Positions 37,031 through 46,923 of a stretch of DNA of 64,000 nt are shown here, piece after piece. The position numbers were made by a program, and so were the translations under genes. Each line of letters starts with the position of its first letter. Within the stretch, counting starts at the first letter, position 1. The DNA is from Terriglobia bacterium (GTDB lineage: Bacteria; Acidobacteriota; UBA6911): positions 8-64,007 of the forward strand of contig JAIQGI010000040.1 of assembly GCA_020072565.1 (NCBI GenBank), written 5' to 3'. Below the pieces are notes generated by a model that saw only the letters and a list, made by a program, of their open reading frames with translations, searched no databases and was not told the DNA's origin.

Positions 37031-37825
37031 ATGCAGCAGAAAACCGAGACCATGTTCTTTCTGGGCGCCGGGCCGCTCGCAGCAATTCTGCTGGGAATGG
37101 CACTCGTGCCCCTGCGGGGCTTCACCTCGGCTTCTAATTTCAGTTTCATTTTCATAGTCCTGACGATCCTGATTGCCGAATACGGCGGGCTCCGGGCCGC
37201 GGTGGCGACGGCTTTGTGCTCTGCCGCGAGCCTCGATTTTTTCCTGACGCAGCCGTATCTGCAGCTTACGATTGCGGACAAGCACGATATCATCGCATTC
37301 TTTGGACTCACCCTGTGCGGCCTTGTCGCCGCGACGCTGGGCTCGCAACGTGAAGAGAGGGTGGCCCAGATAAGCTCCGCCCGGCGGCAGCTCGATCTGC
37401 TCCACGCCGCCATCACGGGGCTGGAAAGTTCTGATCAGCTCCAGTCGCGGCTCGGCCAGATCCTCGACGCCGCCCGTATCGCTTGTCCTCTCGCAGCCGC
37501 AGCCATCCGCGACGAGCGCAACTCCGTGCTGGCCGCTTTTCAGCAAGGGGAAGCAATCTCGCGCGTGCCTGTGAAGGTCCTCTCGCCTCTATGGCTGCTT
37601 CCTCGGAAGACGGGGGAGAGTGACCTCTCACCCCGAGACCTTCCGTTTCCAAAGGAAGGGGCGCGGCTGGCTCTCGTCGTTGGAAGCCACCAATTCGGCT
37701 GGTTGGACCTCTGGGGAGACGGCAGGCCCGCGGACGCAGAAACACGCCGCGTACTTTCCGACGCCGCGATCCTCCTTGCCATCCAACTGGCAGAGGCTGA
37801 AAAAAACATAAGGACGCAGGTCTGA
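37031..37825 (+). CDS. KdpD-type membrane domain (DUF4118-like) + GAF-like domain protein, no kinase (264 aa)
   Basis: Four hydrophobic helices with the DUF4118-type pattern (...FIFIVLTILIAEYGGLRAAVATALCSAASLDFFLTQPYLQLTIADKHDIIAFFGLTLCGLVAATLG). About 130 aa of GAF-like region follow. No HisKA or HATPase motifs. Confidence 0.7.
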   Translation: MQQKTETMFFLGAGPLAAILLGMALVPLRGFTSASNFSFIFIVLTILIAEYGGLRAAVATALCSAASLDFFLTQPYLQLTIADKHDIIAFFGLTLCGLVAATLGSQREERVAQISSARRQLDLLHAAITGLESSDQLQSRLGQILDAARIACPLAAAAIRDERNSVLAAFQQGEAISRVPVKVLSPLWLLPRKTGESDLSPRDLPFPKEGARLALVVGSHQFGWLDLWGDGRPADAETRRVLSDAAILLAIQLAEAEKNIRTQV

Positions 37826-37870
37826 TCCTGCCCCTTCTCGCACACACCGAGGCCCTTCTCTGCAACTGCG

Positions 37871-39520
37871 CTAGAATTTCACGAGAATGGCCAGATTGAA
37901 CCGGTTCTCGATCTTGCGGAGGTCCGGCGTCCAACCAGGCACCAAGGAGCCGGGGCCGCTGGTATTGCCGCCCGGAGGGGTAATGCCGCCTGCTCCGGAG
38001 AAATACGGCACATTGGCTGCTCGATGGTCGAACTCACAGCGAAAAGTAATGTACTGGCGGGGCATGTAATCGAAGGTGGCTGAAGCATCCCAGGCCTTGA
38101 ACGGGTCCCCTGGATTTTGCCTAAAGTAGGGCGTCCCAGAGGACGCCGTCGCGCCATTGATGGGCGGCAGCAATACCAGATAGCGTCCCGGGTTGTTGAT
38201 CTTTCCACCCCCAAGCGTCAGACCGAACCGATCCTCGTGGAACCAGACGCGGTCGTAGATCATGAAGCCCAAAAAACTCTGCTTGGGTCCAGCCGCCGTA
38301 TTGCCAGAACAGCTCACGCTACCGCCATGCTCGCAACCGATATCGCCGGTAAGCGAGAACGCCATTTTGTCGAGAAGTTTCTCTGGACTGTCGTAGTACT
38401 TGATCTCCAGGCTGTTATCTGAGTGATAGCGCACACGTCCTGACACTCCCAGAGTGTCGGTTCCGATTCCGTACCCATTGGCGACGAACGAAATGGAACC
38501 AGTGGGCCGATATGCAATTTGGAATCCCAGTCCCGGCCGGTCGTTGAACCGTCCATAGGACTGCCAACCATTGATCAACCACGCCTCAATCTTAAACTTC
38601 TCAGTTGGAAAAAACTGGAACCGCATCCCATTGAAGAAGAAAGGCGTGTTGGAAGAAACATAGGACGGCTGATATGCCCAATTATCGAAGTTATACCAAC
38701 TGAAGAGGCCGATGTAGGACAGGAAAATTCCGGCGTCCACGTTGATTCCATGCATCTTGTCGAAGTGATATCCGCCGTAGGCCTCGGCAAGATAGCGGTA
38801 GGCGCCGTCGAGGCCCCATTGGCCCCGCGCGGGGCTGGCATCATTTCGAGGTTGCGTCTGTGAATACATGCCAAACTGCGTCATCAACCTGCCGCGGACG
38901 TTGTCGAAATGAAAGTCGCCGCCGACGCCAAGCTGTGTGAGTTGGAATTCCTGGGCTCGAAACACTTCGGCCGATCCGCCGATCGTGTCGTCTGCAGGGT
39001 GGTTGAAGTCGTAGATGTAGGCCGCGTCAAACCGAATTTCCGGAGTGAAGAATTTCGTGTCCATCGGCACGTCCTTGGTGCGAGGGTTGCCGTTCAACCA
39101 GGTAAAATCCGCAAAGGCGAACGGCTCCGCTGCCTTCTTTTTCTCGGCCTGACCGGATGCGGAGCGTGCAGGCGTGGTTTCACTTTGTGCTTGCATGGAT
39201 GAGGCAGAATCCTGTTTGACCCCTGGTGCCGGAGTTGGGAGTGAAGCAGCTTGCGTCGTAGCATCCGTCTCCGGCGCGGAATTCCCTGACGAGTTTCTGT
39301 CTTGCGCCTTTCTCTTCGCTAATTCCGCTTCGAGCTGTTCAATGCGCCGCTCCAAGGCCTCGATCTGTCTGGCAATCGCAGGTGGAATCTGTTGATCAGC
39401 GGCGCCCGCCTGCTGATCCCTTGAGCTGTCTCCTTGTCCAAAGCAGGGTGAGTGCCAAAATAACGAGGCGAGGAAACAGATGATAAACTGAAGGCGAAGG
39501 TTCCGCGTGTGTAGAAACAT
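37871..39520 (-). CDS. Outer-membrane beta-barrel porin linked to the kdp operon
   Basis: Signal peptide MFLHTRNLRLQFIICFLASLFWHSPCFG. Coiled-coil QIEALERRIEQLEAELAKRKAQ plus a low-complexity linker. Long alternating aromatic/Gly beta-strand region. C-terminal ...NLAILVKF. Lies 45 nt downstream of kdpC on the same strand. Confidence 0.75.
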   Translation of the reverse strand: MFLHTRNLRLQFIICFLASLFWHSPCFGQGDSSRDQQAGAADQQIPPAIARQIEALERRIEQLEAELAKRKAQDRNSSGNSAPETDATTQAASLPTPAPGVKQDSASSMQAQSETTPARSASGQAEKKKAAEPFAFADFTWLNGNPRTKDVPMDTKFFTPEIRFDAAYIYDFNHPADDTIGGSAEVFRAQEFQLTQLGVGGDFHFDNVRGRLMTQFGMYSQTQPRNDASPARGQWGLDGAYRYLAEAYGGYHFDKMHGINVDAGIFLSYIGLFSWYNFDNWAYQPSYVSSNTPFFFNGMRFQFFPTEKFKIEAWLINGWQSYGRFNDRPGLGFQIAYRPTGSISFVANGYGIGTDTLGVSGRVRYHSDNSLEIKYYDSPEKLLDKMAFSLTGDIGCEHGGSVSCSGNTAAGPKQSFLGFMIYDRVWFHEDRFGLTLGGGKINNPGRYLVLLPPINGATASSGTPYFRQNPGDPFKAWDASATFDYMPRQYITFRCEFDHRAANVPYFSGAGGITPPGGNTSGPGSLVPGWTPDLRKIENRFNLAILVKF

Positions 39521-39564
39521 GAAAATATCCTCTCAGGAATACGACTCATTCCAGCCAGGGGCAC

Positions 39565-40146
39565 CTAGCGCCCCGGGACTTGTTGATTCAGGGCCAGATT
39601 CAGCTTGAGCACGTTAACCCGCGGCTCACCAAGCAAATGGAAATCCGGAGCCTCCGTGAACTGGACGATCAAGCGCTCCACCTGATCGACAGACACACCG
39701 CGGGCGCGCGCAACACGGGACGCCTGTGCCCGCGCGGAATCAGGACTGATGTGCGGATCGAGGCCGCTGGCCGAAGCAGTCGCCAGGTCGGCAGGTATGG
39801 GTCCGCGGTACTCGGGGTTCTCTTTTCGAAAAGCCGAAACCGAAGCTTCGACCCGTTCCATGAGTTTCTGATTCGTGGGCCCATAATTCGATCCGCCGGA
39901 GGCGGTCGCGTCATAGCCGCTGTCGCCAGCGGCGGAGGGCCGGGGGTGGAAATATTCCGGCCTGGTAAAACTCTGACCGATCAGTTCCGAGCCGATCATT
40001 TTGCCACCGGCGCTGATGAGGCTGCCGTTGGCCCGATGGGGAAATGCCAGGTGGCAGATTCCGGTTATTGACAATGGATACACGACGCCCAGCAACACCG
40101 TCATCAGCAACTTGATTCGGAGTCCCGGCAACAATTCTTTCCACAT
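39565..40146 (-). CDS. kdpC: Potassium-transporting ATPase subunit C
   Basis: 193 aa with a single N-terminal TM helix. ...SLISAGGKMIGSELIGQSF...RPSAAG...YDATASGGSNYGPTNQKL is KdpC-like. Position is directly after kdpB. Confidence 0.92.
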   Translation of the reverse strand: MWKELLPGLRIKLLMTVLLGVVYPLSITGICHLAFPHRANGSLISAGGKMIGSELIGQSFTRPEYFHPRPSAAGDSGYDATASGGSNYGPTNQKLMERVEASVSAFRKENPEYRGPIPADLATASASGLDPHISPDSARAQASRVARARGVSVDQVERLIVQFTEAPDFHLLGEPRVNVLKLNLALNQQVPGR

Positions 40147-40157
40147 TGCGATTCCTC

Positions 40158-42287
40158 CTACGCGAGATGCAACACTGCCAGCAGGCGGTCGATGACCCAG
40201 ATGCCTGGAAACGGAGCGATGATGCCGCCGATGCCATATATCAGAAGATTCCAGCGCAGCAGGCTGGCCGCGTCAACCGGCCGGTACCTCACGCCGCGCA
40301 GTGCGAGTGGAACCAGTGCGATAATGATCAGCGCGTTGAAAATCACGGCCGAGAGGACGGCGCTCTGAGGCGTGTGCAATCCCATGATGTTCAGCTTGCC
40401 CAATGCCGGGTAGGTCGCCATGAACATCGCAGGGATGATCGCAAAGTACTTCGCGACATCGTTTGCGATGGAGAAAGTCGTCAGGGCGCCGCGGGTGATC
40501 AGGAGCTGCTTCCCGATGGCGACGATTTCGATCAGCTTGGTGGGATTGCTGTCGAGATCCACCATGTTGCCCGCCTCTTTGGCGGCCATCGTGCCGGTAT
40601 TCATGGCTACGCCGACATCAGCTTGCGCGAGTGCCGGGGCGTCGTTCGTTCCGTCTCCGGTCATGGCGACCAGGCGTCCTGCAGCCTGTTCCTTTTTGAT
40701 ATACTCCAGCTTATCTTTCGGAGTCGCCTGGGCCAGGAAATCATCCACGCCTGCTTCCGCGGCAATCGCGGCCGCAGTCAGGGGGTTGTCACCGGTGATC
40801 ATCACGCTGCGAATGCCCATCCGGCGCAGCCGGGCTATGCGCTCCTTCATCCCGCCCTTCACGACGTCTTTGAGGTGAATGATGCCGAGCAGCTGCTTGC
40901 CGTCTGCGACTGCGAGCGGTGTCCCGCCATTGCGGGCGATGCGGTCGCTCATTTCCTGGAAATTCGCGGGGATGGCCCCGCCACGCTCGGATACGAATTT
41001 GCAGATCGCGTCGGTAGCACCCTTGCGAAGATGGCGATCCGCGAAGTCCACCCCGCTCATCCGGCTATACGCCGAGAACGGGATGAAGTTCGCATCGTGC
41101 TCGGGAATGTGCCGGCCCCTCAGGCCGTATTTCTCCTTCGCCAGCACCACGATCGAGCGCCCCTCAGGTGTTTCATCCGCGAGGCTGGACAACTGTGCCG
41201 CATCAGCCAGTTCCTTCTCGGTAACACCCTGGACCGCCTGAAATTCGACGGCTTGTCGGCTGCCGAGCGTGATGGTGCCGGTCTTGTCGAGCAGCAGCGA
41301 GTTCACATCTCCGGCCGCCTCCACCGCCTTGCCGCTCATTGCCAGGACGTTGTGCTGCATGACGCGATCCATGCCGGCGATCCCGATGGCCGACAACAGG
41401 CCGCCGATCGTGGTCGGGATGAGGCAGACCAGCAAGGAAACAAGGACCGCCACGCCCGGAACCGTCCCTGACCCCGCCTGCGCGACGCTGAACATGGAAT
41501 ACGGCCCGAGCGTGACGACTGCGAGCAGAAAAATCAACGTCAGGCCGGCAATCAGGATGTTGAGTGCGATCTCATTCGGCGTTTTCTGGCGTTCCGCGCC
41601 CTCGACCAGGGCGATCATGCGGTCGAGGAAAGTCTCGCCGGGGTTCGAAGTGATCCGAATCCTGATTTGGTCTGAAAGTACCTTCGTGCCTCCCGTGACC
41701 GCACTGCGGTCGCCGCCGGATTCACGGATTACAGGCGCGCTCTCTCCCGTAATCACCGATTCATCGACAGTCGCAATGCCGTCAATCACTTCCCCGTCAC
41801 CGGGAATCAGTTCGCCTGCTGCACAGATCACAACATCGCCGGAACGCAACGCGGAGGCTGCGACCTGTTCGACCCTCTCGTTGGAAAGCACCCGTTTGGC
41901 GACTGCGTCCGTCTTGGTCTTTCGCAAGCTGTCCGCCTGAGCCTTTCCGCGCGCCTCGGCCATTGCCTCGGCAAAGTTGGCAAACAGCACGGTGAACCAG
42001 AGCCAAAGTGCGATCTGCACGGAGAACCCGATTCCTGCCGCCCCGGTAGCCACATCACGCACGACGAAAACCGTCGTGAGCGCCGCGCCTGTTTCGACCA
42101 CGAACATCACCGGATTTTTCATGAGCGCGATCGGATTCAGCTTCGCAAAAGAAGCCAGGGTCGCTCTGCGAATGATCTCGGGGTCAAACAAAGGGCGGGC
42201 GCGCACCAGCTTCCTGGGCAGGAGGGACTTGAAATCATCCTGCGGAAGCTGCCTGGCCGGTCTGGGTAGCGTCGTCAGCGTAGACAT
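40158..42287 (-). CDS. kdpB: Potassium-transporting P-type ATPase subunit B
   Basis: DKTGTITLG phosphorylation motif, plus [25 protein letters not shown]. 709 aa. GAGGAG RBS. Confidence 0.97.
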   Translation of the reverse strand: MSTLTTLPRPARQLPQDDFKSLLPRKLVRARPLFDPEIIRRATLASFAKLNPIALMKNPVMFVVETGAALTTVFVVRDVATGAAGIGFSVQIALWLWFTVLFANFAEAMAEARGKAQADSLRKTKTDAVAKRVLSNERVEQVAASALRSGDVVICAAGELIPGDGEVIDGIATVDESVITGESAPVIRESGGDRSAVTGGTKVLSDQIRIRITSNPGETFLDRMIALVEGAERQKTPNEIALNILIAGLTLIFLLAVVTLGPYSMFSVAQAGSGTVPGVAVLVSLLVCLIPTTIGGLLSAIGIAGMDRVMQHNVLAMSGKAVEAAGDVNSLLLDKTGTITLGSRQAVEFQAVQGVTEKELADAAQLSSLADETPEGRSIVVLAKEKYGLRGRHIPEHDANFIPFSAYSRMSGVDFADRHLRKGATDAICKFVSERGGAIPANFQEMSDRIARNGGTPLAVADGKQLLGIIHLKDVVKGGMKERIARLRRMGIRSVMITGDNPLTAAAIAAEAGVDDFLAQATPKDKLEYIKKEQAAGRLVAMTGDGTNDAPALAQADVGVAMNTGTMAAKEAGNMVDLDSNPTKLIEIVAIGKQLLITRGALTTFSIANDVAKYFAIIPAMFMATYPALGKLNIMGLHTPQSAVLSAVIFNALIIIALVPLALRGVRYRPVDAASLLRWNLLIYGIGGIIAPFPGIWVIDRLLAVLHLA

Positions 42288-42297
42288 GACAATCTCC

Positions 42298-44091
42298 TCA
42301 GAGCGGAAGCATCGCCAGGGAAATGGAAAAGAGCTTGCCGCTGTGCATGAGGTAGTGCTCCACGATTGGCCCTAGTGACAGCGCAGGAAAGAAGGTGAGT
42401 GCACCGACGATCAATACTGTGCCCACCAGGAGTCCGACAAAAAGGGGCCCATGCGTCGGGAACGTGCCGCTTGTGAACGCCACCTTCTTTTTTGCCGCGA
42501 GACTGCCGGCAGCCGCGAGCAGCGGGATCAGGAACAGAAAGCGGCCGATGAGCATGGCAAATCCGATGGTCAGGTTGTACCAGGGCGTATTGGCGTTCAG
42601 ACCGGCAAAGGCGCTTCCGTTGTTGCCCGTGCCACTCACGTATGCGTACAGGATTTCGCTGAGCCCGTGCGGACCCCCGTTGGCGATGTTGGCAATCGCA
42701 GGGCCCGGAGGGTTCCAGTATCCGTTTTTGGCGAACGGCATCATGGAGCTGAGGGCGCTAAAAACCAGGATGCTGAAAGCGGTTGCGATCACCGCGAGCA
42801 TTGCCATCTTGACTTCCTTCTGCTCGATTTTCTTCCCCAGGTATTCGGGCGTCCGCCCCACCATGAGACCGGCAATGAATACGGCTAGAATGCAATAGAG
42901 CAAAATGCCATACATCCCGGCTCCGACACCCCCGAAAATGACCTCTCCCGTCATAATGTTGAACAGTGGCACGAGCCCGGCGATGGGCGTCAGGCTGTCG
43001 TGCATCGTGTTTACTGCCCCGCAGCTCGCGTCGGTGGTGACGGTCGCAAATGTGGCCGAGCCGGCAATGCCAAAGCGTACTTCCTTTCCTTCCATGTTCC
43101 CCCCCGGCTGTCCTGCCGTGGCGGCCGTCTGAAGCCCGAGCCTGGCCAGAATCGGATTGCCGGCCTGCTCGAACCCATAGAGCACGAATACGCCGATCAG
43201 GAACATGATGGAGAAAGCGGCAAAAATCGCCCAACCCTGGCGCGTGTCCCGAACCATGCGTCCGAACGTGTAGGTCAAACCCGCCGGAATGAGAAAGATG
43301 AGGAACATCTCGAACATGTTCGTCAACGGTGTGGGATTTTCAAACGGGTGAGCGGAGTTGGCGTTAAAAAAGCCGCCGCCGTTCGTGCCCAGCTCCTTGA
43401 TCACTTCTTGAGACGCGACCGGCCCCTGAGCAATGATCTGTTTGGCACCCTCGAGCGTGGTCACAACGGTGTAAGGCTTGAGATTCTGAATCACCCCCTG
43501 CGAGCACAGGAAGAGGGCGCCGACGATGGAAAGCGGCACGAGGACGTACACGGTGGCGCGCGTGACGTCCACCCAGAAGTTGCCGATGGTCTTGCAGGTC
43601 TGGCGCGCGAAACCGCGCACGACCGCGATGGCGATGGCTATCCCTGCGGCAGCCGAACCGAAGTTCTGGACCGTCAGGGCCGCCATCTGCACAAAATAGC
43701 TCAGAGTGGACTCTCCGCTGTATGCCTGCCAGTTTGTGTTGGTGACGAAGCTCACTGCCGTATTGAAGGCGAGATCCGGGCTCACGTTTCCGGCATTGAA
43801 GTGTTGCGGGTTAAACGGCAGGAACCGCTGGGCGCGTTGCAGGAAATACACGATCAAAAAGCCGAAGATGCTGAAACTCAGGAGCGAAGCGGTGTACTGC
43901 GTCCAGCGCTGCTCGACCTCTTCACGCACACCGATCATCCGATAGGTCAGCACCTCGAGCCATCGCAAAAGGGGGTGCAGGATCGTGCGCTTCCCTTGAA
44001 AGACACACGCCATATAGGCGCCCATCGGTTTCGTGCAGGCAAGCACAAGCCCAAAAAAGATCCCGATCTGCAGAACGGCAGCGCTGGTCAT
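42298..44091 (-). CDS. kdpA: Potassium-transporting ATPase subunit A
   Basis: [31 protein letters not shown]... is a polytopic KdpA-like protein with [27 protein letters not shown] selectivity-filter-type segments. I prefer the ATG at 44091 (10 nt after the kdpF stop) to the ATG at 44130 inside kdpF. Confidence 0.95.
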   Translation of the reverse strand: MTSAAVLQIGIFFGLVLACTKPMGAYMACVFQGKRTILHPLLRWLEVLTYRMIGVREEVEQRWTQYTASLLSFSIFGFLIVYFLQRAQRFLPFNPQHFNAGNVSPDLAFNTAVSFVTNTNWQAYSGESTLSYFVQMAALTVQNFGSAAAGIAIAIAVVRGFARQTCKTIGNFWVDVTRATVYVLVPLSIVGALFLCSQGVIQNLKPYTVVTTLEGAKQIIAQGPVASQEVIKELGTNGGGFFNANSAHPFENPTPLTNMFEMFLIFLIPAGLTYTFGRMVRDTRQGWAIFAAFSIMFLIGVFVLYGFEQAGNPILARLGLQTAATAGQPGGNMEGKEVRFGIAGSATFATVTTDASCGAVNTMHDSLTPIAGLVPLFNIMTGEVIFGGVGAGMYGILLYCILAVFIAGLMVGRTPEYLGKKIEQKEVKMAMLAVIATAFSILVFSALSSMMPFAKNGYWNPPGPAIANIANGGPHGLSEILYAYVSGTGNNGSAFAGLNANTPWYNLTIGFAMLIGRFLFLIPLLAAAGSLAAKKKVAFTSGTFPTHGPLFVGLLVGTVLIVGALTFFPALSLGPIVEHYLMHSGKLFSISLAMLPL

Positions 44092-44101
44092 GGCATTTGC
44101 C

Positions 44102-44185
44102 TCAGAATCGCTCCGGACGGAGCAATGCATAAATCAGGTAGGCCAAGAGACAAATGCAGACAAAACCCGCGATGAGGTAGTCCAT
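44102..44185 (-). CDS. kdpF: Potassium-transporting ATPase subunit F (27 aa)
   Basis: Hand translation gives [27 protein letters not shown], a single TM helix with the typical ...YALLRPE(K/R)F ending. AGGAGG lies upstream. Too short for the ORF track. Confidence 0.85.
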   Translation of the reverse strand: MDYLIAGFVCICLLAYLIYALLRPERF

Positions 44186-44195
44186 GGATCGCCTC

Positions 44196-44279
44196 CTAGA
44201 GCTTGTCGCACGCCTTAGTGAAAGCCCAGCATGCGACCAGGGACAGGCAGCCTGCGGCGAGGTAAAACAGGTCGAACAT
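44196..44279 (-). CDS. Candidate 27-aa hydrophobic micro-ORF preceding kdpF
   Basis: Hand translation gives MFDLFYLAAGCLSLVACWAFTKACDKL*. GGAG lies 8 nt before the ATG. 20 of 26 sense codons end in G or C, as in genuine genes here. Its TAG stop lies inside the kdpF RBS (cTAGGAGG). Confidence 0.45.
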   Translation of the reverse strand: MFDLFYLAAGCLSLVACWAFTKACDKL

Positions 44280-44336
44280 TGAATTCACTCCGTTCCCATC
44301 AAGGCAAGAGCATATATCGGAAGCCCTGAAGAACTC

Positions 44337-44376
44337 GTGTGAAAGACAGGAAGAATCCGTGGAAAATCCAGGAAGA
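44337..44376 (-). promoter_or_regulatory. Imperfect direct repeat (18 nt x2, 22-nt phasing), candidate KdpE box for the kdpFABC promoter
   Basis: On the gene strand the two copies are TCTTCCTGgaTTTtcCAC (44376-44359) and TCTTCCTGtcTTTcaCAC (44354-44337), with 14/18 identical. A TATAT(G) -10-like element follows about 20 nt downstream (44317-44311). The site lies between the kdpE stop and the micro-ORF. Confidence 0.4.
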
Positions 44377-44378
44377 GT

Positions 44379-45077
44379 TTATAAATTTTCCGGCAGGCCG
44401 TTGAAGCGGTAACCGACCCAGGGCTCGGTCGTGATGAACTGGGGATTCTCGGGATTCAGCTCGATTTTTTTGCGCAGGTTTTTGACGAAAACGCGCAGGT
44501 AGTCGACCTCGGAACCATAATCGGGCCCCCACACCGCCTGCAGCAATTCTCGGTGGGGCAGTGCCTGATTGGGGTGGAGAGTAAGGTAACGGATCAGGTC
44601 CAGCTCTTTTGGGGTCAGGTGGATAGGTTCGGCGCCGGTCGAAACCGTCCGTGCATTGAAATCGATCAAGAGCTGCCCAACCCGAATCCTGGCGGGCAAC
44701 GCATGCGCGGCCGGCACGCGCCTGAGCGCGGCGCGGATGCGCGCTAGAAGCTCGGGCGTGCTGAAAGGTTTGGTGACGAAATCGTCCGCACCGGCATCGA
44801 GAGCCGCAACCTTGTCCACCTCGGAATCCCGCACGGTCAGCATGATTATGGCGAGGTTCGAGTCAGCCCTGATCATGCGGCAAGCGTCCATGCCGTTCAT
44901 GCCGGGCATGTTGATGTCCAGGAGAACCAGGTCCGGGCGGAACGCGCGGATTTTTTCGAAACCCTCCTCGGCTGTCCTGGAATCCTCCACTTCAAATCCG
45001 GCGCTCGCCAACGTGGTCCGCATGATGCGCCGGATTTGAGGTTCGTCATCAATGACGAGAATGCGACCCGCGCTCAA
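44379..45077 (-). CDS. kdpE: OmpR-family response regulator
   Basis: Receiver domain (RILVIDDEPQIRRIM...PDLVLLDINMPGMNG...) plus a winged-helix Trans_reg_C domain (...LTPKELDLIRYLTLHPNQALPHRELLQAVWG...). The TTG start is preceded by AAGGA. It overlaps the kinase gene by 29 nt. Confidence 0.9.
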   Translation of the reverse strand: MSAGRILVIDDEPQIRRIMRTTLASAGFEVEDSRTAEEGFEKIRAFRPDLVLLDINMPGMNGMDACRMIRADSNLAIIMLTVRDSEVDKVAALDAGADDFVTKPFSTPELLARIRAALRRVPAAHALPARIRVGQLLIDFNARTVSTGAEPIHLTPKELDLIRYLTLHPNQALPHRELLQAVWGPDYGSEVDYLRVFVKNLRKKIELNPENPQFITTEPWVGYRFNGLPENL

Positions 45078-46536
45078 GTTCGTTTTCCTTAAATTGCGCC
45101 GGCAAGATCAGCCGGAAAGTGGTTTCGCCGGGACGGCTCACCACACTCAGATCCCCCTGGTGAGCGCGCACAATGCTTTGCGATATGGTCAGACCGAGGC
45201 CGGAGCCCGGTATGCTGTGCCGCACGGCGGGGCTTCGGTAGAACCTTTCAAAAATGCGGCCCTGTTCATCGGCCGGTATCCCCTGTCCACGATTGGTGAT
45301 TTCGACGGCAACGGCGTCGTCGGTGTCATAGACACGGATCGTGAGCGGTGTGCCGGGATAGGAATACTTCAAGGCATTATCCAAAAGTTGCTTCAAGGCA
45401 AGCTTGATCAGGCGGCGGTCCAGGGCGCTGGTGCGAAGCTGCTCGCCGCAGGAAACCTCGATCGGCCGGTTGTCGAGTGCCGTCTGCATGGAGCCAACCA
45501 CCTCGCGAACGAGATCGCTCATCCTGGACAACTCCGGCTGAACCTTGATGTGCGCCGTGTCCAGCCGGGCCATTTCCACCGTATTGTCAATCAGGCTCTC
45601 CAGGTGTCCCGCTTCTTCGTCGGCAATTTTGAGGAGCTCCTTGCGGCTTTCCACCGGTTGGTCGGGATTGTCCAGGAGCGAAGATGTCGCAGCCTTGATC
45701 GACGTCAGGGGAGTCTTGAACTCGTGCGCCATGGCATCGATGAGTGTAGTGCGCAACTGTTCGCTTTGCCGCGCAGCTTCGATCTGATGCGCGAGATCCT
45801 GGGCACGCGCCCGTTCCAGACCGATCGCTACCAAATTGGCGATCCCTTGCAGCACGGAATCCGGCATGCGCGCCCCCTGGATCGCGAGGCTTGCTATGGG
45901 CTCGGCACCGAGGCGGATCGCCGTAACAGTTCGATGCAGCGGCACGTCCGAAAAGGACGTACCAAGCAATGCGGCATCTCGAAGCTGATCATTCAAACCT
46001 TCGAGGTCAGACGGACCGGCGCGATGATACTCTCCCGTGCGGCGTTCGTACAGCACGGCGCCGCTGAACTGAAAGATATCCTGCAACTTGCGCACCAGTT
46101 GCGCGGGGAAGGAATCGAGGCTTCCGATCAGGAGGATAGCACGGCTGAACGTATAAAGCCGCTCGATATCCTCCTGCCGTTCGATGGCGTCCAGTGCCCG
46201 CCGCTTCGCCTGCGTCGATAGGCGGCTTGCGATCAGCGCGGTGGTTAGAAAGCCGAACAAGGCCACTACATTCTGCGGGTCTGCAATGGTAAAGGTCCCA
46301 AGCGGCGGCAAGAAGAAAAAGTTAAGAGTGAGAGTGGCTCCTATCGAGGCCACAGCAGCCTCGAGGAATCCCCAGGTACTGGCAAGGACGAGCACCAGCA
46401 GCAGATAGGCAAGTCCCACCGTCGTAGAGTTGACGGAAATCGCGTGTGCCGCAAATGTGATTGCCGCCAGCCCCGCGAGCGACACCAGCAACTTGATCGG
46501 ATGTAATTTCAAGGTTCTACGCGACCTCCGCGGCAT
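45049..46536 (-). CDS. kdpD: KdpD-like histidine kinase lacking the N-terminal KdpD/Usp sensor (DUF4118-GAF-HisKA-HATPase)
   Basis: TM/DUF4118-like region (...GLAYLLLVLVLASTWGFLEAAVASIGATLTLNFFFLPPLGTFTIADPQN...). H-box AMAHEFKTPLTSI. N and G boxes are LLDNALKYS and ITNRGQGIP...GSGLGLTIS. The start is the ATG at 46536 (or 46650). Confidence 0.88.
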   Translation of the reverse strand: MPRRSRRTLKLHPIKLLVSLAGLAAITFAAHAISVNSTTVGLAYLLLVLVLASTWGFLEAAVASIGATLTLNFFFLPPLGTFTIADPQNVVALFGFLTTALIASRLSTQAKRRALDAIERQEDIERLYTFSRAILLIGSLDSFPAQLVRKLQDIFQFSGAVLYERRTGEYHRAGPSDLEGLNDQLRDAALLGTSFSDVPLHRTVTAIRLGAEPIASLAIQGARMPDSVLQGIANLVAIGLERARAQDLAHQIEAARQSEQLRTTLIDAMAHEFKTPLTSIKAATSSLLDNPDQPVESRKELLKIADEEAGHLESLIDNTVEMARLDTAHIKVQPELSRMSDLVREVVGSMQTALDNRPIEVSCGEQLRTSALDRRLIKLALKQLLDNALKYSYPGTPLTIRVYDTDDAVAVEITNRGQGIPADEQGRIFERFYRSPAVRHSIPGSGLGLTISQSIVRAHQGDLSVVSRPGETTFRLILPAQFKENELERGSHSRH

Positions 46537-46923
46537 ATTGTAGTCCGCAGACCCCAGGGCGTCGAGTGAATAGGTGCCGTATGTCGCGCAAGCAAATTTC
46601 GTATTCCAGCTTCTGGCCTGCTTCTTCCCGCTTTTCCAGAAATTCGGCAACTCATTGCAGATGATGCCCGCTGGCGGGAAAAGCCAAAATTAATGTTCGC
46701 CTTGCTACATCACAGCCTGAGAGAAAGACAGTTGTAAACAGCCTTCGGCGGAGACCAGCCGTCCCGAGCGAGGGCGAAATTCGAGGGCGCCCCGATTTCC
46801 CTTGTCCTCCCAGGCTTCTCAAGATAGAAATAGCAGCGAGCACGGACGGGGAGCATTTTGTTCCGGAGTTGGTGCTGTGAAGCGTAACTGCACTTCGGTA
46901 ATTTCCGACAGCAAGGAGGCAGC

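Noticed and set aside
44280-44378. Possible c-di-AMP (ydaO/kimA-type) riboswitch or other leader RNA in front of kdpFABC.
   Set aside because: The gap is only 99 nt. Direct repeats and a -10-like element occupy it, and it lacks the extended pseudo-symmetric helices of that riboswitch class.
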